Source: a virus
Taxonomy: Duplodnaviria > Caudoviricetes
Reading direction: 5' to 3' (one strand)
Length of the DNA stretch: 63,720 nt
IMG/VR virus record: IMGVR_UViG_3300025132_000035
Location: 1-63,720 of that record
Shown: positions 29,940-38,372 of the stretch, piece after piece
Layout of the letters: each line of letters opens with the position of its first letter
Position numbering within the stretch: the first letter of the stretch is position 1
The notes under the pieces: generated by a model
What the model was told of the DNA's origin: nothing
Database searches by the model: none
Seen by the model: only the letters and a program-made list of their open reading frames with translations
Position numbers and translations under genes: made by a program

Positions 29940-30203
29940 ATGGCTCGTGATGCTATCCAAACAGAAGTAAATCTTGCAGTTTATATGGAACGATTAGATT
30001 CATATATAAATAAACAAACAGATATCAACACTTCATTAAAAGAAAGTTTGGATAATGCTAACGAACAAATAAGCGATATAAATGATTGGAGAACCAAGAT
30101 TTATGGCGCTAGGGTATTAATGATAGCTTTAGGAGTTATAGCACTTCACACAACAGCAATACTTGGTTCAATTGCTGCGATGATAAACCTAATGAACAAA
30201 TAG
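29940..30203 (+). CDS. Coiled-coil protein with C-terminal TM helix (holin/XhlA-like)
   Basis: Start at ATG 29940 (the ORF-track start lies inside the terminator); hydrophobic C-terminus. Confidence 0.55.
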   Translation: MARDAIQTEVNLAVYMERLDSYINKQTDINTSLKESLDNANEQISDINDWRTKIYGARVLMIALGVIALHTTAILGSIAAMINLMNK

Positions 30204-30215
30204 AGGAGAAATTAT

Positions 30216-31145
30216 ATGGCATTATTAGACCATACAGATGTGAAAGGATATGAATACGATGGTTCAACAAGGGCTAGTACACATCCCCACACTAAATATC
30301 AACCTTTCAGAGAAGCAACATCAACAAGTTTATCTACGTTGTTTTCTGTTGCAAGAGGGGAAACAGCCACAAACCTTGTTACAAACCCAAGAGTAGAGAG
30401 TTCTACAATATCAATGTTCACTGCAAGTGGTTCTGCGATATCAAGAGATACTGGACAACAATCTGTTGGTGCAGCATCTTTACTTGTTAACCCAGCAAAC
30501 TCAGCAGCTGGTGAAGGAATGTACTGGGAGAGTCCAACAATACCTTATAGTGTCCATCCACAATTCTTAACAGTAGCTGTGGAACATAGAGGGGCATCAG
30601 CTTCTGGTAATGTCAAAATTGATATTAGGGATAATGCTGGAACAACTATTCATGCTACCTCAGGTAGTGATAACTTAGCAACTAGTTGGAGAAGAATAAC
30701 AGCACAATACACTATCCCACCACTTACTGATGCAACAACTTATCGATTGTATGTAGTATCAAATACTCAACACAACATTAACTGGTACCTAGACAAATTC
30801 CAATTTGAATTACGACATGATACCACAGCAGTATCTGACTACACTGATGGATCATTTGGAATCAACCATTTCTGGACAGGTACAGCTAATGCATCTGAAT
30901 CCTATCAAAGACACGCTATGAGTATTATTCGTGGGATAACTATTAAGAATGAAAGTAGTACAGCTGCTGACATTGTTTATGTAGGGTTTGATACCGATGC
31001 CACATCAAGTACTGGTATACCCTTAATAGGGGGAGATACATTCCAAACCAACTTCCCAATACACTATACAAAGAAAATAACTTTAATAGCTGCACAAAAC
31101 ACTCCTACTGTTAGTGGAGTTATATGGGGGGCAAGTTCATTCTAA
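30216..31145 (+). CDS. Virion protein with carbohydrate-binding-module-like domain
   Basis: NLVTNP..E...W.RIT...Y.D..QFE pattern; C-terminus resembles 54815-55138. Confidence 0.6.
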   Translation: MALLDHTDVKGYEYDGSTRASTHPHTKYQPFREATSTSLSTLFSVARGETATNLVTNPRVESSTISMFTASGSAISRDTGQQSVGAASLLVNPANSAAGEGMYWESPTIPYSVHPQFLTVAVEHRGASASGNVKIDIRDNAGTTIHATSGSDNLATSWRRITAQYTIPPLTDATTYRLYVVSNTQHNINWYLDKFQFELRHDTTAVSDYTDGSFGINHFWTGTANASESYQRHAMSIIRGITIKNESSTAADIVYVGFDTDATSSTGIPLIGGDTFQTNFPIHYTKKITLIAAQNTPTVSGVIWGASSF

Positions 31146-33109
31146 TGACTACTGAAACAAGATATATTAATGAAATACAACAAGATAGTCCTATCATATT
31201 CTTAGAAAAGGCTACAGATGGTAAAGTAGCATTAGAAGATATATCCAAAGCCTTAGATGAATATGAAAGATTATATAAAGCTGGTTTCGCAACCCCAGCT
31301 GAATTACTAACATTATCAAGAGCATACCCAGAAAATGATGAATACTCTAAAGCCCTACAAAAAATGGGTATCGGAGATGATGATTCGTTAGTGATAGGCG
31401 GCCCAGCATCTATTGAACTGATAGATCGTGAAGGGCATCTTATCACTACGAAAGCATTAGAACCAGCATTTGAAAAGTATATGAACAATATTAGAAATAG
31501 AAATGTTATGGTTCTTCATAGTGATGTCCAAGTAGGTTGGGCATTACCAGCATATATTTCCTCTGAGGGGAGTATATTTAAATCTGGTGTAGATGACACT
31601 GGGTTATTCTTTATAGCAGAACTAAGGAATGATACTAAAATATCTAAGAAGGTAAGAGATCAAATTTCTTCTGGTCAAATGAAATCATATAGTATTGCTG
31701 GGTCAGCATTAAAAACCCAGACAATTGAAAAAGGTTTGTTGAAAGTTATGCAAGTAGATGAATTAGAACTTGCTGAGGTTACTATCTGTGAAAAGGGAGT
31801 TAACCAAGAAGCTGGATTCGAAATTTTAAAAGGCGATAACGTACCAACTAAGTCCTGTTCTGATGGAAGTTGCTTAACAAAAATGCAAGAATGCGAATGT
31901 CAAAATGCAACACCAGAGGTAGAGGCTAAACCTATTGTACATAAACCTATGCAATTATTAACTAAGAAAGATGGTAAGCCAGATTATTTTGCATCTTTGC
32001 AAAAATGGATCAACAAGGGTTCTGTAAATGGTGAGGACTTTGATTACTCTGATGCTGGTTTACAAGAAGCCATAGACTATGCTACTGGTTTAATGAGGGA
32101 CAAAAAGAAAGTTGTTTTCGAATGGGGAGATTATAAAAAGGGGTATAACAATATGGCAACAAAAGATAACATATTAAAACTAGCAGTTGAGGTTTTAAAA
32201 GAACTACCAGAGGGGGCTGAATATGCAGATGCTAATACTCCAGCTGATGCAATAAAACCAAACCCAAGTGGTCGAGGTAGAGGGCATTGGTTCCCAGAAC
32301 AATACGCTGCTCAAAAACAAAAAGGCGAATTTGGGAGTAGAATGACAGACGAAGATTATGGTATTAAAGAGTCTGAATCTACTTTTGAAGATTATGGTAT
32401 TGATAAAAATAATACAGAGGATTTGGGAAATGAGGATATTGTCTCACCTCTTTATACAACCACAAAAGGTGGTAAAAAAGTTGATATGTTTATAACTAGA
32501 GTTACTAATGAAAGTGTTGAGCCTCGATATCAAGGTAAATATCATATCAAGGACAGCAATAAAATGACTTATCTTTATGGATACAACTTTTCCTCTATTG
32601 GGGAAGCTAAAATAGCTATTTCTAGGGTTGGTAAAGTTGGCTACCATTCAATGACTAATGATGAAAGATATATGTACAATGGTCTTCTTGGAGATACACT
32701 AGCAAGGGATACTCAAGAAGCGAAGGATTTAAGAGCAGAAGCACTGTCACAAGATCGATATAAAGAATGGAATTATATAATACGAGCAGCAATGATTGAA
32801 GGTGTAAAAAATCAAGAGTTTCGTGTAAAAAAAGAGTATTATCAATATATTCTTGGAAACCTTTATGGGTCAGCTATAGATTCATCCGACCGAAGTGGTG
32901 CTGAAAAAGAGGAGGCACGTAAACACATATATAGAGCAGTCACGTACACAATTAACAAATTCCTACAGGATTGTTTTATTGATGGGGATTACGAAGCAGA
33001 ACTTTGTCATCCAAAGTTTGACACTGGCGTTACGTACGATCTTGAGGGTAGAAGTACTCCTAAAGACCTATCAAGAATAACTACTGTGGGAAGATATGAA
33101 AGGCGATAA
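31145..33109 (+). CDS. Prohead protease fused to a long C-terminal cargo-like region
   Basis: IGGPASIELIDREGHLI...VMVLHSDVQVG...SYSIAG...ELAEVTICEKGVNQEA.F; the ORF track starts at 31124. Confidence 0.85.
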   Translation: MTTETRYINEIQQDSPIIFLEKATDGKVALEDISKALDEYERLYKAGFATPAELLTLSRAYPENDEYSKALQKMGIGDDDSLVIGGPASIELIDREGHLITTKALEPAFEKYMNNIRNRNVMVLHSDVQVGWALPAYISSEGSIFKSGVDDTGLFFIAELRNDTKISKKVRDQISSGQMKSYSIAGSALKTQTIEKGLLKVMQVDELELAEVTICEKGVNQEAGFEILKGDNVPTKSCSDGSCLTKMQECECQNATPEVEAKPIVHKPMQLLTKKDGKPDYFASLQKWINKGSVNGEDFDYSDAGLQEAIDYATGLMRDKKKVVFEWGDYKKGYNNMATKDNILKLAVEVLKELPEGAEYADANTPADAIKPNPSGRGRGHWFPEQYAAQKQKGEFGSRMTDEDYGIKESESTFEDYGIDKNNTEDLGNEDIVSPLYTTTKGGKKVDMFITRVTNESVEPRYQGKYHIKDSNKMTYLYGYNFSSIGEAKIAISRVGKVGYHSMTNDERYMYNGLLGDTLARDTQEAKDLRAEALSQDRYKEWNYIIRAAMIEGVKNQEFRVKKEYYQYILGNLYGSAIDSSDRSGAEKEEARKHIYRAVTYTINKFLQDCFIDGDYEAELCHPKFDTGVTYDLEGRSTPKDLSRITTVGRYERR

Positions 33110-33132
33110 TAAACTTTAAGCTATATATATAT

Positions 33133-33156
33133 AAAATAATGCGGGTATTAGTATAA
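33133..33156 (+). repeat. 24-bp imperfect direct repeat, copy 1 (copy 2 at 33973-33996)
   Basis: aaaataatgcgggtattagtataa versus aaaataacgagggtattagtataa; 2 mismatches. Confidence 0.8.
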
Positions 33157-33996
33157 ATGTTAAACCATAAGCTATTAAAACTAGCCATAGACGTTCTTAA
33201 AGAACTTCCACAAGGGGCTGTGTATTCTACTACAAGAAAGCCACCAAAGGGGGCTAAAGTTTTTACAACTACTGGGGGTACAGAATATTGGATGCCTAGC
33301 CAACAAGATAAAAAACCTACTCCACAAAACCAAAAAAATACTAATGAAGCAATAGCTAAACTAGTACAGGAAAAAGTTAAAAGGGGTGACACTGGTGAAG
33401 GTAGAGAAGTTGAACTATCTAAAGATGAATTATCTTACGTCTTGAGTACTGGTAGTTATGCGTTGGTTTCTGGGGGTAGAAACTCAAACATCAAAGAAGA
33501 AGCAGACTTGGATGAACAAGATGAAAAGTTTGTACAACGTCACGAAGAACTTAAATCTGAATTAGTTAATTCAGGTTATGCCCACACCGAAATAACTGGA
33601 CACTATGGGGGTGAGGAGAAATCTTTCCTAGTTATGGTTCACGATCAAGATGAATCAGAAATGAAAGAACTAGGTAAAAAATATAATCAAGACTCTGTAA
33701 TTGTAGCAAATCAAGGCAAACAAAAAATGTTTTTTACCACAGGAGAAAACGAAGGATCATATTTCTCAGGTAGTGGATGGGAACAAACTCAGGATGCCAA
33801 AACAGATTACACATTATTTAAAACTTCTGATGGGACATTAATAAAGTTCTCATTAAATTTTGACTTCGATAATATGAATACTGATGAAGGCGAATCTGCA
33901 CAAATTGAAAAAGCAATCATCGAACAATTTCTACATATCATACATAGAAAACCACCAGATCAAAACTTAAAAAAAATAACGAGGGTATTAGTATAA
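33157..33996 (+). CDS. Protein with SAM-lyase/DUF3293-like domain and an N-terminal leader shared with the protease fusion
   Basis: ALVSGGRN...ELKSEL...GY...ITGHYGGEEKSFLV...ELGKKYNQDSVI resembles phage SAM lyases. Confidence 0.6.
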   Translation: MLNHKLLKLAIDVLKELPQGAVYSTTRKPPKGAKVFTTTGGTEYWMPSQQDKKPTPQNQKNTNEAIAKLVQEKVKRGDTGEGREVELSKDELSYVLSTGSYALVSGGRNSNIKEEADLDEQDEKFVQRHEELKSELVNSGYAHTEITGHYGGEEKSFLVMVHDQDESEMKELGKKYNQDSVIVANQGKQKMFFTTGENEGSYFSGSGWEQTQDAKTDYTLFKTSDGTLIKFSLNFDFDNMNTDEGESAQIEKAIIEQFLHIIHRKPPDQNLKKITRVLV

Positions 33997-33998
33997 TA
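33989..33998 (+). promoter_or_regulatory. Putative late promoter TAGTATAATA
   Basis: ATG 34003 lies 6 nt after TATAAT. Confidence 0.55.
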
Positions 33999-34002
33999 AG
34001 AC

Positions 34003-34191
34003 ATGGTGAAAAGATTATTTTCCTTACTCCGAAAATATATATTAGACCCATCAGACGAGTCAATAGAAAAGACCCAGCTGATGGAATATTGTCGTATTGA
34101 AAATACTAAAGTAAAAAGAAGGACAATAAAAAGACCAAGTTTATATCGTAGAGCATTAAGGCTAATGTTGGAGAACAGGAGATACAAATGA
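34003..34191 (+). CDS. Small basic hypothetical protein
   Basis: Probably leaderless; ATGA overlap with the next ORF. Confidence 0.55.
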   Translation: MVKRLFSLLRKYILDPSDESIEKTQLMEYCRIENTKVKRRTIKRPSLYRRALRLMLENRRYK

Positions 34192-34343
34192 ATATGGGTA
34201 AACTCAGACCCCAAATCTTTTTAGCGATTTTAGTTTTAGGAGTTCTAGCAGTAATTGCTACATTCCTAGATGTAGCTGAAGTTGCAACAGCTACGATTGG
34301 GGGGGTAATCGCTTTAGGCATGAAGGTGCTTGAGGCAGAATAA
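34188..34343 (+). CDS. Small two-TM membrane protein, holin-like (51 aa, not in ORF track)
   Basis: AGGAG RBS; MNMGKLRPQIFLAILVLGVLAVIATFLDVAEVATATIGGVIALGMKVLEAE. Confidence 0.7.
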   Translation: MNMGKLRPQIFLAILVLGVLAVIATFLDVAEVATATIGGVIALGMKVLEAE

Positions 34344-34364
34344 TTAGTATACTGGGGGAAACAA

Positions 34365-34535
34365 ATGGCAACAGAGGGTAACTGTAATTGCATAGTTGAT
34401 AATCAATGTATTTGTAATAAGAATCTTTGTACTTGTGATTGCGAATGTGTATGGTGTGTTGTTTTAGAGGAAGCTGATAACGAACAGAATTTATGTGCCT
34501 GTGGCAATGGGTTCTGTGGATGTAGAAATAATTAA
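34365..34535 (+). CDS. Metallothionein-like Cys-rich protein (56 aa, not in ORF track)
   Basis: MATEGNCNCIVDNQCICNKNLCTCDCECVWCVVLEEADNEQNLCACGNGFCGCRNN; GGGGGA RBS. Confidence 0.7.
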   Translation: MATEGNCNCIVDNQCICNKNLCTCDCECVWCVVLEEADNEQNLCACGNGFCGCRNN

Positions 34536-34551
34536 GGATAAAGGAGAACAG

Positions 34552-34779
34552 ATGAAAAATTTTATATCACTAGCTATTTCAATGTATAACCTCAATAAGA
34601 ATGTACCCCAAGCTGGGCAGATCGTTCTTAAAGAAGGGCTAGATGTAATTAAAGCTATTAGTTCAGCATTGAAAGATAACAAACTAACTCAAGAAGAAAA
34701 AAATGCAATCGTTGCTGAAATCCAACAGTTCTCAAAAGCTGGTATAAAAATGTTAGATAGTATAAAAATACCTAAGTAG
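34552..34779 (+). CDS. Hypothetical helical protein
   Basis: AAGGAG RBS before ATG 34552. Confidence 0.7.
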   Translation: MKNFISLAISMYNLNKNVPQAGQIVLKEGLDVIKAISSALKDNKLTQEEKNAIVAEIQQFSKAGIKMLDSIKIPK

Positions 34780-34783
34780 TATC

Positions 34784-35071
34784 ATGAGTAATATAGATAT
34801 CACAAAAATAAAACTGGATATAGCTGTCGTAGGATTTTTGTTTATACAGTTAGTTGGTATTGTTTGGTGGTTATCTGGACTGGATTCTAAAGTTGATAAT
34901 GTGGTTGCTATTACTGAAGAACTAAAAGGCGAAACCAGTATGGCAGTATTAGAGGTACGTATCTCTCAACTAGAAGCAACCGACAAACTACTTGATGAAA
35001 AGATAAAAGAGATTCAAGAAGAATTAGATAGTAAACAAGGTACGTCATTCTCTTTGTTTGGAAATAAGTAA
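34784..35071 (+). CDS. Membrane-anchored coiled-coil protein
   Basis: N-terminal TM ending GIVWWLSGLDS; paralog of the next gene. Confidence 0.7.
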   Translation: MSNIDITKIKLDIAVVGFLFIQLVGIVWWLSGLDSKVDNVVAITEELKGETSMAVLEVRISQLEATDKLLDEKIKEIQEELDSKQGTSFSLFGNK

Positions 35072-35499
35072 TGAATATGTTTGGAAATCTTAAATTACCA
35101 ATAGGAATAATCGGAGTCGTTATTGCCCAAGCGTTTGGGATAATATGGTATGTAGCACAACTAGACTCAACTGTTTCTAATCTTGATCAATCAGTTAACA
35201 CTATGCAAGAACAAGCTACCTCAATAGATGTTGCTGTACTCCAAACTGATTTAGAAAACATCAAAGAAAAAATAACTATGATGGATGAAATGCATTCTGC
35301 TAAGTTTGACCCAACAGATTTAGAGGAAGCCATTGAAGAACTAGAAGATCGGATTGCTAAACTAGAAACCAAAGATGCCTTGATTGAAAATGAAATGCGA
35401 ACCATAATGTCAGACCATGAAAATATTGGGAAAGCATTAGAAGGTTTGGGTGCTGGTGGTCATGCTGAAACTAGACAATATGGTAATTATGGTTACTAG
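35071..35499 (+). CDS. Membrane-anchored coiled-coil protein
   Basis: N-terminal TM ending GIIWYVAQLDS; long coiled coil. Confidence 0.75.
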   Translation: MNMFGNLKLPIGIIGVVIAQAFGIIWYVAQLDSTVSNLDQSVNTMQEQATSIDVAVLQTDLENIKEKITMMDEMHSAKFDPTDLEEAIEELEDRIAKLETKDALIENEMRTIMSDHENIGKALEGLGAGGHAETRQYGNYGY

Positions 35500-35501
35500 G
35501 T

Positions 35502-35936
35502 ATGAAGAATTATATTGGTGATATTCCCAATACCCACATAAGAGATTTCCAAAGAAAGAAGTTATATCAAGCTGAAGAAGATTGCCTATTTTGGAACAAC
35601 ATTTACATACTTCCCACTAATGAAGTAACCAACATAATTCAGAAAATATCAAACTTCTTTAGTATTAAAACCCCAGTCATTGCTACAACAGGGCATGAAC
35701 TTGTTTATGCTACTCAGGATTTAATATCAATCCCATATCCCACATCTAAATCATTACCTTATATTTGCCATGAGATGAGTCATGTTATTAATTACAATGA
35801 CCCAGACAAAGCAGATCATCATGGGGCTAATTTTGCTGGAACATATCTACAAGTAGTGAAAGAATTTATTGGCGAAGAAGATTATCAAGAGTTACTAAAT
35901 GCGTTTAAACATAGGAAGGTAAAGTACAATGTCTAA
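35502..35936 (+). CDS. Zincin-type metallopeptidase
   Basis: ICHEMSH...HHGANF (HExxH plus a third His). Confidence 0.75.
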   Translation: MKNYIGDIPNTHIRDFQRKKLYQAEEDCLFWNNIYILPTNEVTNIIQKISNFFSIKTPVIATTGHELVYATQDLISIPYPTSKSLPYICHEMSHVINYNDPDKADHHGANFAGTYLQVVKEFIGEEDYQELLNAFKHRKVKYNV

Positions 35937-36099
35937 CATAATGCAATATATGCTCAACCAAACAGATGAGTTTAGAGATGCCTACGCAGAAATAATTGAG
36001 AAAATGGATGATGTGTTGGATAAATTATCTTTGATAGAACTAAGGTTATTAGATGTTGAAGTAAGGGTTAATCAAAACCGAAATACCGAACAAAAATAG
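35929..36099 (+). CDS. Small coiled-coil protein (56 aa, not in ORF track)
   Basis: MSNIMQYMLNQTDEFRDAYAEIIEKMDDVLDKL...; overlaps the upstream stop. Confidence 0.55.
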   Translation: MSNIMQYMLNQTDEFRDAYAEIIEKMDDVLDKLSLIELRLLDVEVRVNQNRNTEQK

Positions 36100-36106
36100 T
36101 ATAATA
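36097..36106 (+). promoter_or_regulatory. Putative late promoter TAGTATAATA
   Basis: ATG 36112 lies 7 nt after TATAAT. Confidence 0.55.
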
Positions 36107-36111
36107 TACTA

Positions 36112-36327
36112 ATGATAAATTTAATTTCCTATCAATACAATTTAGGCAAGGCATATGTAATTGCAATGTTTTGCTCTCTTTCTGGGCATAAAAGCCCACC
36201 ACTTATTGAATCTTCGCAAAATACTTCAGGTAAACCACGATCTGTTTATTTATGTAGAAGGTGTTTAAAAACAATGGGAGAAAAACCTTATGGCGAACGA
36301 AAACCTGTACGAAGCAGATTTCGATGA
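36112..36327 (+). CDS. Small hypothetical protein with C...GH / CRRC motif
   Basis: Follows the late motif directly. Confidence 0.55.
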   Translation: MINLISYQYNLGKAYVIAMFCSLSGHKSPPLIESSQNTSGKPRSVYLCRRCLKTMGEKPYGERKPVRSRFR

Positions 36328-36784
36328 AGATTCTCACTTATATGAAGAAAAACAATTAACCCTAACAAGAAACGAAGCATTATATCTATCAGATTCTATA
36401 ACAATACTTCTTGAGCATTCAGTTGAATCAGGTAGAATTCACAAACCAAGTGGTAGTTTATTACCCTCAGCTAAAGTTGCTGTACCTATAGAAACTGTAG
36501 AAAAAATAGGGATGGCTTGTTTAGATGCAACCGATCCCAATAATTTTCTTGGGGTAGCTACTATAAGTTTACCTATTACCGATCTTTATTTATTACGAGA
36601 ATGCTGTCAATCATATGTTAAAGTAAACAACGAACTAGTGGGGTTTAACCTACTAAGAAAAATCTATAGCCTTATTCTAGAGTCCGACATAAAAGAAAAG
36701 GAGTTAGTAGAAAATTTAACTAGAGAAATAGATCAGGCTTTTTTAGAAGCTGTTAAAAAAGGAAAAAGCATAGAGGAGATATAA
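36290..36784 (+). CDS. Hypothetical protein
   Basis: GGGAG RBS; 164 aa. Confidence 0.75.
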   Translation: MANENLYEADFDEDSHLYEEKQLTLTRNEALYLSDSITILLEHSVESGRIHKPSGSLLPSAKVAVPIETVEKIGMACLDATDPNNFLGVATISLPITDLYLLRECCQSYVKVNNELVGFNLLRKIYSLILESDIKEKELVENLTREIDQAFLEAVKKGKSIEEI

Positions 36785-36785
36785 T

Positions 36786-37115
36786 ATGACTTACCATCAA
36801 TCATTACCAGAAACAATTAAACTACAAGCCCACTTTGTTGGCATACCCAAGATCACAGAAAAAACCCATGAGGAATTTTTTAAGCGTGGGAAAATGTTAC
36901 AAGCATTGGGAGTTGGTTTTATGCAAGAAGGCAGAATGCCAACACTACAAGAAGTGAAAGATAATATTGGCACAGAAATCGTGGAAGCAAAACCCTTAAA
37001 CGCTAATCAATGGAAGTCTGCCCTATTTTCTATGGTGCAAGACCTCTCTAAGGAAATAATTAGGCGTGAAACAAGCCTTGTAAAGACCTCACATGAGGAA
37101 TTAGTCACGAAATAA
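36786..37115 (+). CDS. Hypothetical protein
   Basis: GAGGAG RBS. Confidence 0.75.
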   Translation: MTYHQSLPETIKLQAHFVGIPKITEKTHEEFFKRGKMLQALGVGFMQEGRMPTLQEVKDNIGTEIVEAKPLNANQWKSALFSMVQDLSKEIIRRETSLVKTSHEELVTK

Positions 37116-37193
37116 ATTAAAATCGTTTCTCGTTGATCCTCGTGCGAAATAGCACTTTAGGGCGTTTAAACATACTTAAAATAAGGAAAAAGA

Positions 37194-37361
37194 ATGGAAA
37201 ATAAGGATTTAATAGATAAATTAGCAAAAGCAGCGATCAAAATAAAGATGCTTCAAGAAATTAATGAGGCTCACAGAGAGATGAATGGTGAATTACGAGA
37301 GGAAATAAAAAAACTTAAGGGGGTGAAAAAGCAACACCCCTATGAGAATCAAGTACCTTAA
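37194..37361 (+). CDS. Small coiled-coil protein (55 aa, not in ORF track)
   Basis: AAGGA RBS; MENKDLIDKLAKAAIKIKMLQEINEAH... Confidence 0.6.
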   Translation: MENKDLIDKLAKAAIKIKMLQEINEAHREMNGELREEIKKLKGVKKQHPYENQVP

Positions 37362-37682
37362 AACTAGCACCATAGCTATAAGGTATGTTTTCATAGGGGG
37401 GTTGGTGTGTTGCTTGGCAATTCCAAACTACATTGGAGCATTCTAATATAGTTCAGAGGGTGAATTGCCCAGAAGCTACCTCGTTCGTTGAATAGCTTCA
37501 GTTATTATCCATGCTGTAGTAATTTCTTTTTTAAGGTCTTTACCTTTACATACTATTCTAAAATTCATACTCTACTCCTTTTTATTTAACTAGTGCCTAT
37601 CACAGATGCTAGTAATCGGGTAGCACCAAGATTCCCAAGTTATACGTAATGTATATAAATCTCATTTAAATAGACACTAGTT
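37362..37682 (-). ncRNA. Candidate structured RNA (multi-stem leader, 30-codon ORF, structured 3' part)
   Basis: Downstream of a sigma-70 promoter; several nested inverted repeats, with G-U pairs favouring the minus strand. Confidence 0.45.
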
Positions 37683-37688
37683 AGAAAT

Positions 37689-37716
37689 ATTATACATTAA
37701 TTATCCATTTTGTCAA
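37689..37716 (-). promoter_or_regulatory. Sigma-70-type early promoter
   Basis: TTGACA-N16-TATAAT. Confidence 0.65.
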
Positions 37717-37811
37717 ACTCCCCACCTAACAATCTATTCATCTTTATGGTTTCGTTTAGCACATCAATTGAAACATCTAGTAATTCTTTAGAAACTATAT
37801 AGATTTTCCAA

Positions 37812-38129
37812 TTAATATAAATAATTAAGGTCGTAACCAGAATCAAAAAAATCTCCATTATCTACAGTCCCCATTTTCTTTTGTGCTTCGATCATTTCTT
37901 TTTTACCTGTAACACTAGTCGGAATATTCATTTTTTTTAATATTACCCTGACTCTCTCTCTACTACCAATATTAAATTTATCAGCAATAGTTTGGAGTGT
38001 AGCTTCTGGATGTTCTTTCTTATACAGGTAAATCTCTTTATCTCTTTCCTTGTTAAAGGTAACATACTTCCCAAATAAAACCACATCATCTTTGTAACTG
38101 GCTATCGTAATCTGTCCTTTATATCTCAT
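37812..38129 (-). CDS. HTH protein with sigma region 4.2-like helix-turn-helix
   Basis: ATLQTIADKFNIGSRERVRVIL; related to the 5282 N-terminus. Confidence 0.7.
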   Translation of the reverse strand: MRYKGQITIASYKDDVVLFGKYVTFNKERDKEIYLYKKEHPEATLQTIADKFNIGSRERVRVILKKMNIPTSVTGKKEMIEAQKKMGTVDNGDFFDSGYDLNYLY

Positions 38130-38142
38130 TTACTATCCTTCC

Positions 38143-38298
38143 TTATTTATCTTCTTCATAAAAATCTTCTTGTTCATCATCTTCCTCATAGAATTCTGAG
38201 TGTTCGTGGCAACTACCACAAAAACCAAACCCTAAAGCGATGTCTCTATCTACTATCGCACCAGCTGGGGGAGCATCACAACATTCACTAAGTTCCAT
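38143..38298 (-). CDS. Small acidic Cys protein
   Basis: AAGGAG RBS before MELSECCDAP...CGSCHEH (the ORF track extends to 38355). Confidence 0.65.
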   Translation of the reverse strand: MELSECCDAPPAGAIVDRDIALGFGFCGSCHEHSEFYEEDDEQEDFYEEDK

Positions 38299-38372
38299 GA
38301 TGTCTCTCCTTTTTTGTTGATATATATAATAATAGAATAATAAAAATTTCGGCAAACCAAACTAGCATATAA

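Noticed and set aside
37588-37682. Purine riboswitch or hammerhead ribozyme
   Set aside because: Junction topology is similar but the conserved core nucleotides (UUUCUAC; CUGAUGA with GAAA) are absent.
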